Source of the DNA: Haliotis rufescens
Taxonomy: Eukaryota
Reading direction: 5' to 3'
Assembly: GCF_023055435.1 (NCBI RefSeq)
Contig: NW_025964353.1
Coordinates: forward strand, 806,001 to 870,000
Length of the DNA stretch: 64,000 bases
The first letter of the stretch is position 1. Each line of letters starts with the position of its first letter. Made by a program: the position numbers and the translations under genes. Shown here piece after piece: positions 61,799 to 64,000 of the stretch. The notes beneath the pieces are model-generated. The model had not been told where the DNA came from. It did no database searches and saw only the letters and a program-made list of their open reading frames with translations.

Positions 61799-64000
61799 TT
61801 TCAGACAGTTGGATAGATATTTTGGTGTGCAAGCGTAGGATGTAGCAATGCAAGTGATCATGTGATACCTCCCGTGTAGCGTTATATACCAGACCCAACT
61901 ACTTGTGTATACAAGACAAGTGGTCATTCAATGGCCGGGTGTTGGCGAGGTGTTCAAATACCTTCAGGCAATGCTTATAATCTGCTATAGAGAATTGGTA
62001 GTCGCGTGTATTATGTGTAATTGTACGCATCGTATGTAACATAAACACGTATCTGCTACATTAATATATTTTTAAGCGTTACTGTGATTTGACAGATAAT
62101 ATATTTTGCAAACGAATAATTTGAAAAAAATAATTACATAGATCTTATTACCATATGTTTCAAGCAAGGTGTTTATGAAAATATTCTGTAATATACTACA
62201 GTGGAAGTTGTCTTCTTAAGGCATGAATTATAGATTCTCTGACATTAAACATTGTTATTTTAATATACGCATAAGCTATATACAGGAATCCGATGTCCTC
62301 AGATTGAATTACGCTTTCTTGATTCAATGAAATTGCACAACTAATTCTGATCTTACATGTATATTCAGTATATTTATATATTGGTGCCAAGTCCCAGAAA
62401 CTGTATATGCTTCTTTAAATCACGGCTTATGCATATTCACAATTCGTCAGTGTAAGATGGCCTTCATCTTTACAGGTACATACTCTTTTCACTATTCAGT
62501 TCCCAGACAGCGGCTATCATGCTCCTCCACAGTAACTAGCCCGTCTCCCTGTCTCATCTGACTGTCGAACAATCACTGTCTGATCCTGTCTCCCGGATCA
62601 CACTCATCCCGTTAATCTCAGCTAGTTCCTAGTTTCCTTCAAGAAAACACCTCGTCAGCTTTTAGAGTGAACGATTACACGCCTCAGTGAATATTCATCA
62701 AAGCGATTCTTAAATGCTGATTGCAAGGTTTCATTGCACTGTTGTTATTGTGAGCACATATTCTCATAGTATGTAACAATCAAGTTAAGCATATAGAAAG
62801 TACCCAAATATAAGATATTAGTTTCATATTTCTGAACTACAATGTTCCATTATTGCTATCTCTCTGTTTACATGTTGCTACTTTCTGTAATACACTGTAT
62901 GTGTTAGTTCCTCGCCAAAGCTATTCATAAGAGGAATTGAAGGATGCATTTCAAGTAGTTAAGTTCACCAAGCTTGTTAGGAAACCAAAGTGATCAACAC
63001 AGCAACATTTTCTCCCGTTTTATGAGGATAAAGCATGTAATGACACATGTCGTGATAAGAGATTATCTATCATCAAAACATCATAAAGATCAAGTATTTT
63101 TAATCCTCCTCAACTAAGTGTGTATCAGTATCCCGCCATGCCTTGGTGCAACAACGTCGATGTAGACGTCGCCATGTCAGACAACACACTCAGCCTCAGT
63201 GTGTTAGCATGTCTCCTGTCTTATTATTATTATCATTGCTCTGTGGCCCTGTGATCTTGAAACAACATGAAATTGTTAACACTGAAAGGACATTATTGAC
63301 TTCTTTGTTAAATAAATAATTGGCACATCCCTGAATGTTTTACAAATTATGACTTACTTATTGGTGTTATTGGAATTCAAAAAATGGTTTAAAACTATCA
63401 GCTAATCACTAACCCGAGAAAAAATAAACATTGCCTTCATTGCCGAAATATATATTATAATGAAATAAAAAGAGGGTTCCTGGAACATACCATAATATTC
63501 TGAATAAGATTCTTTTGTCTTTGATTTGGAATCCTTAATCATAGTCCACTTTCAATTGGTGGTAAGTAATTAAGGAACAGACAGCTACAGAGGTTTCGAA
63601 AACATTGTATGACTTGTAGCCACTCTAGTTAAATGATGCAGTCTTGTTTGGAATGTATATATGAAAACACAAAGTTTTCGCCGTATCCATATATAATTCG
63701 TCTTTCCGGACGTTTTTTACAAGGAATGGCACCACCCGGAAAGGAAGGGTTTCACTCTTCACAATTTTACTGCCAACAATGATTGATCGTTGATTAATTC
63801 TGCCGAATGTCGCTGACACCACATTCGTTGACGCATATAGAAAACATGGTTAGGATATGGCGTGTGAAAATCAATTGATGTTTCTAAACATACGTTAAGG
63901 TTTTTTATTTCGCTTGCTGCAGACATGTCACTTTCACTGGTGGCCTCTTTGTTAATCTCCTTTGTGTCAAAGGCATGCAACTACTTGTGCTAATCAGGTT

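Larger units (their letters stand above)
55160..64000 (-). repeat. Tandem array of ~4.12-kb nodal type B units, continuing past the window end
   Basis: Period 4124 nt between copies. 55160-55690, 59162-59820 and 63280-64000 are homologous, so a third 3' flank begins at the window end. Confidence 0.92.

Overview
Eukaryotic, AT-rich animal genomic DNA, most likely a mollusc (the (TGAG)n-tailed SINE and the nodal protein resemble gastropod/abalone sequence; this is inference). The window holds a large Nodal (TGF-beta family) gene cluster. One + strand two-exon nodal gene with a 2.77-kb intron (3545-7482) faces, tail-to-tail, at least 11 compact minus-strand paralogues. Nine are near-identical type A copies in a ~4.31-kb tandem array (14161-49922); the edge copy carries a 38-nt frameshift deletion. 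A tenth unit follows from which the gene has been deleted (junction 52390/52391), then two type B copies in a 4.12-kb array that runs off the window end. All copies keep the same 328-nt coding exon 1, a phase-1 intron and a homologous TATA promoter, so they arose by DNA-level duplication. Types A and B share a Smad-site-rich upstream block. Between the long-intron gene and the array lies a decayed Penelope-like element (RT + GIY-YIG, inverted pseudo-LTRs with a minimal hammerhead motif) into which two RNase H-type LINE 3' fragments inserted at the same target site. SINEs, LINE relics and fold-back repeats make up the rest.
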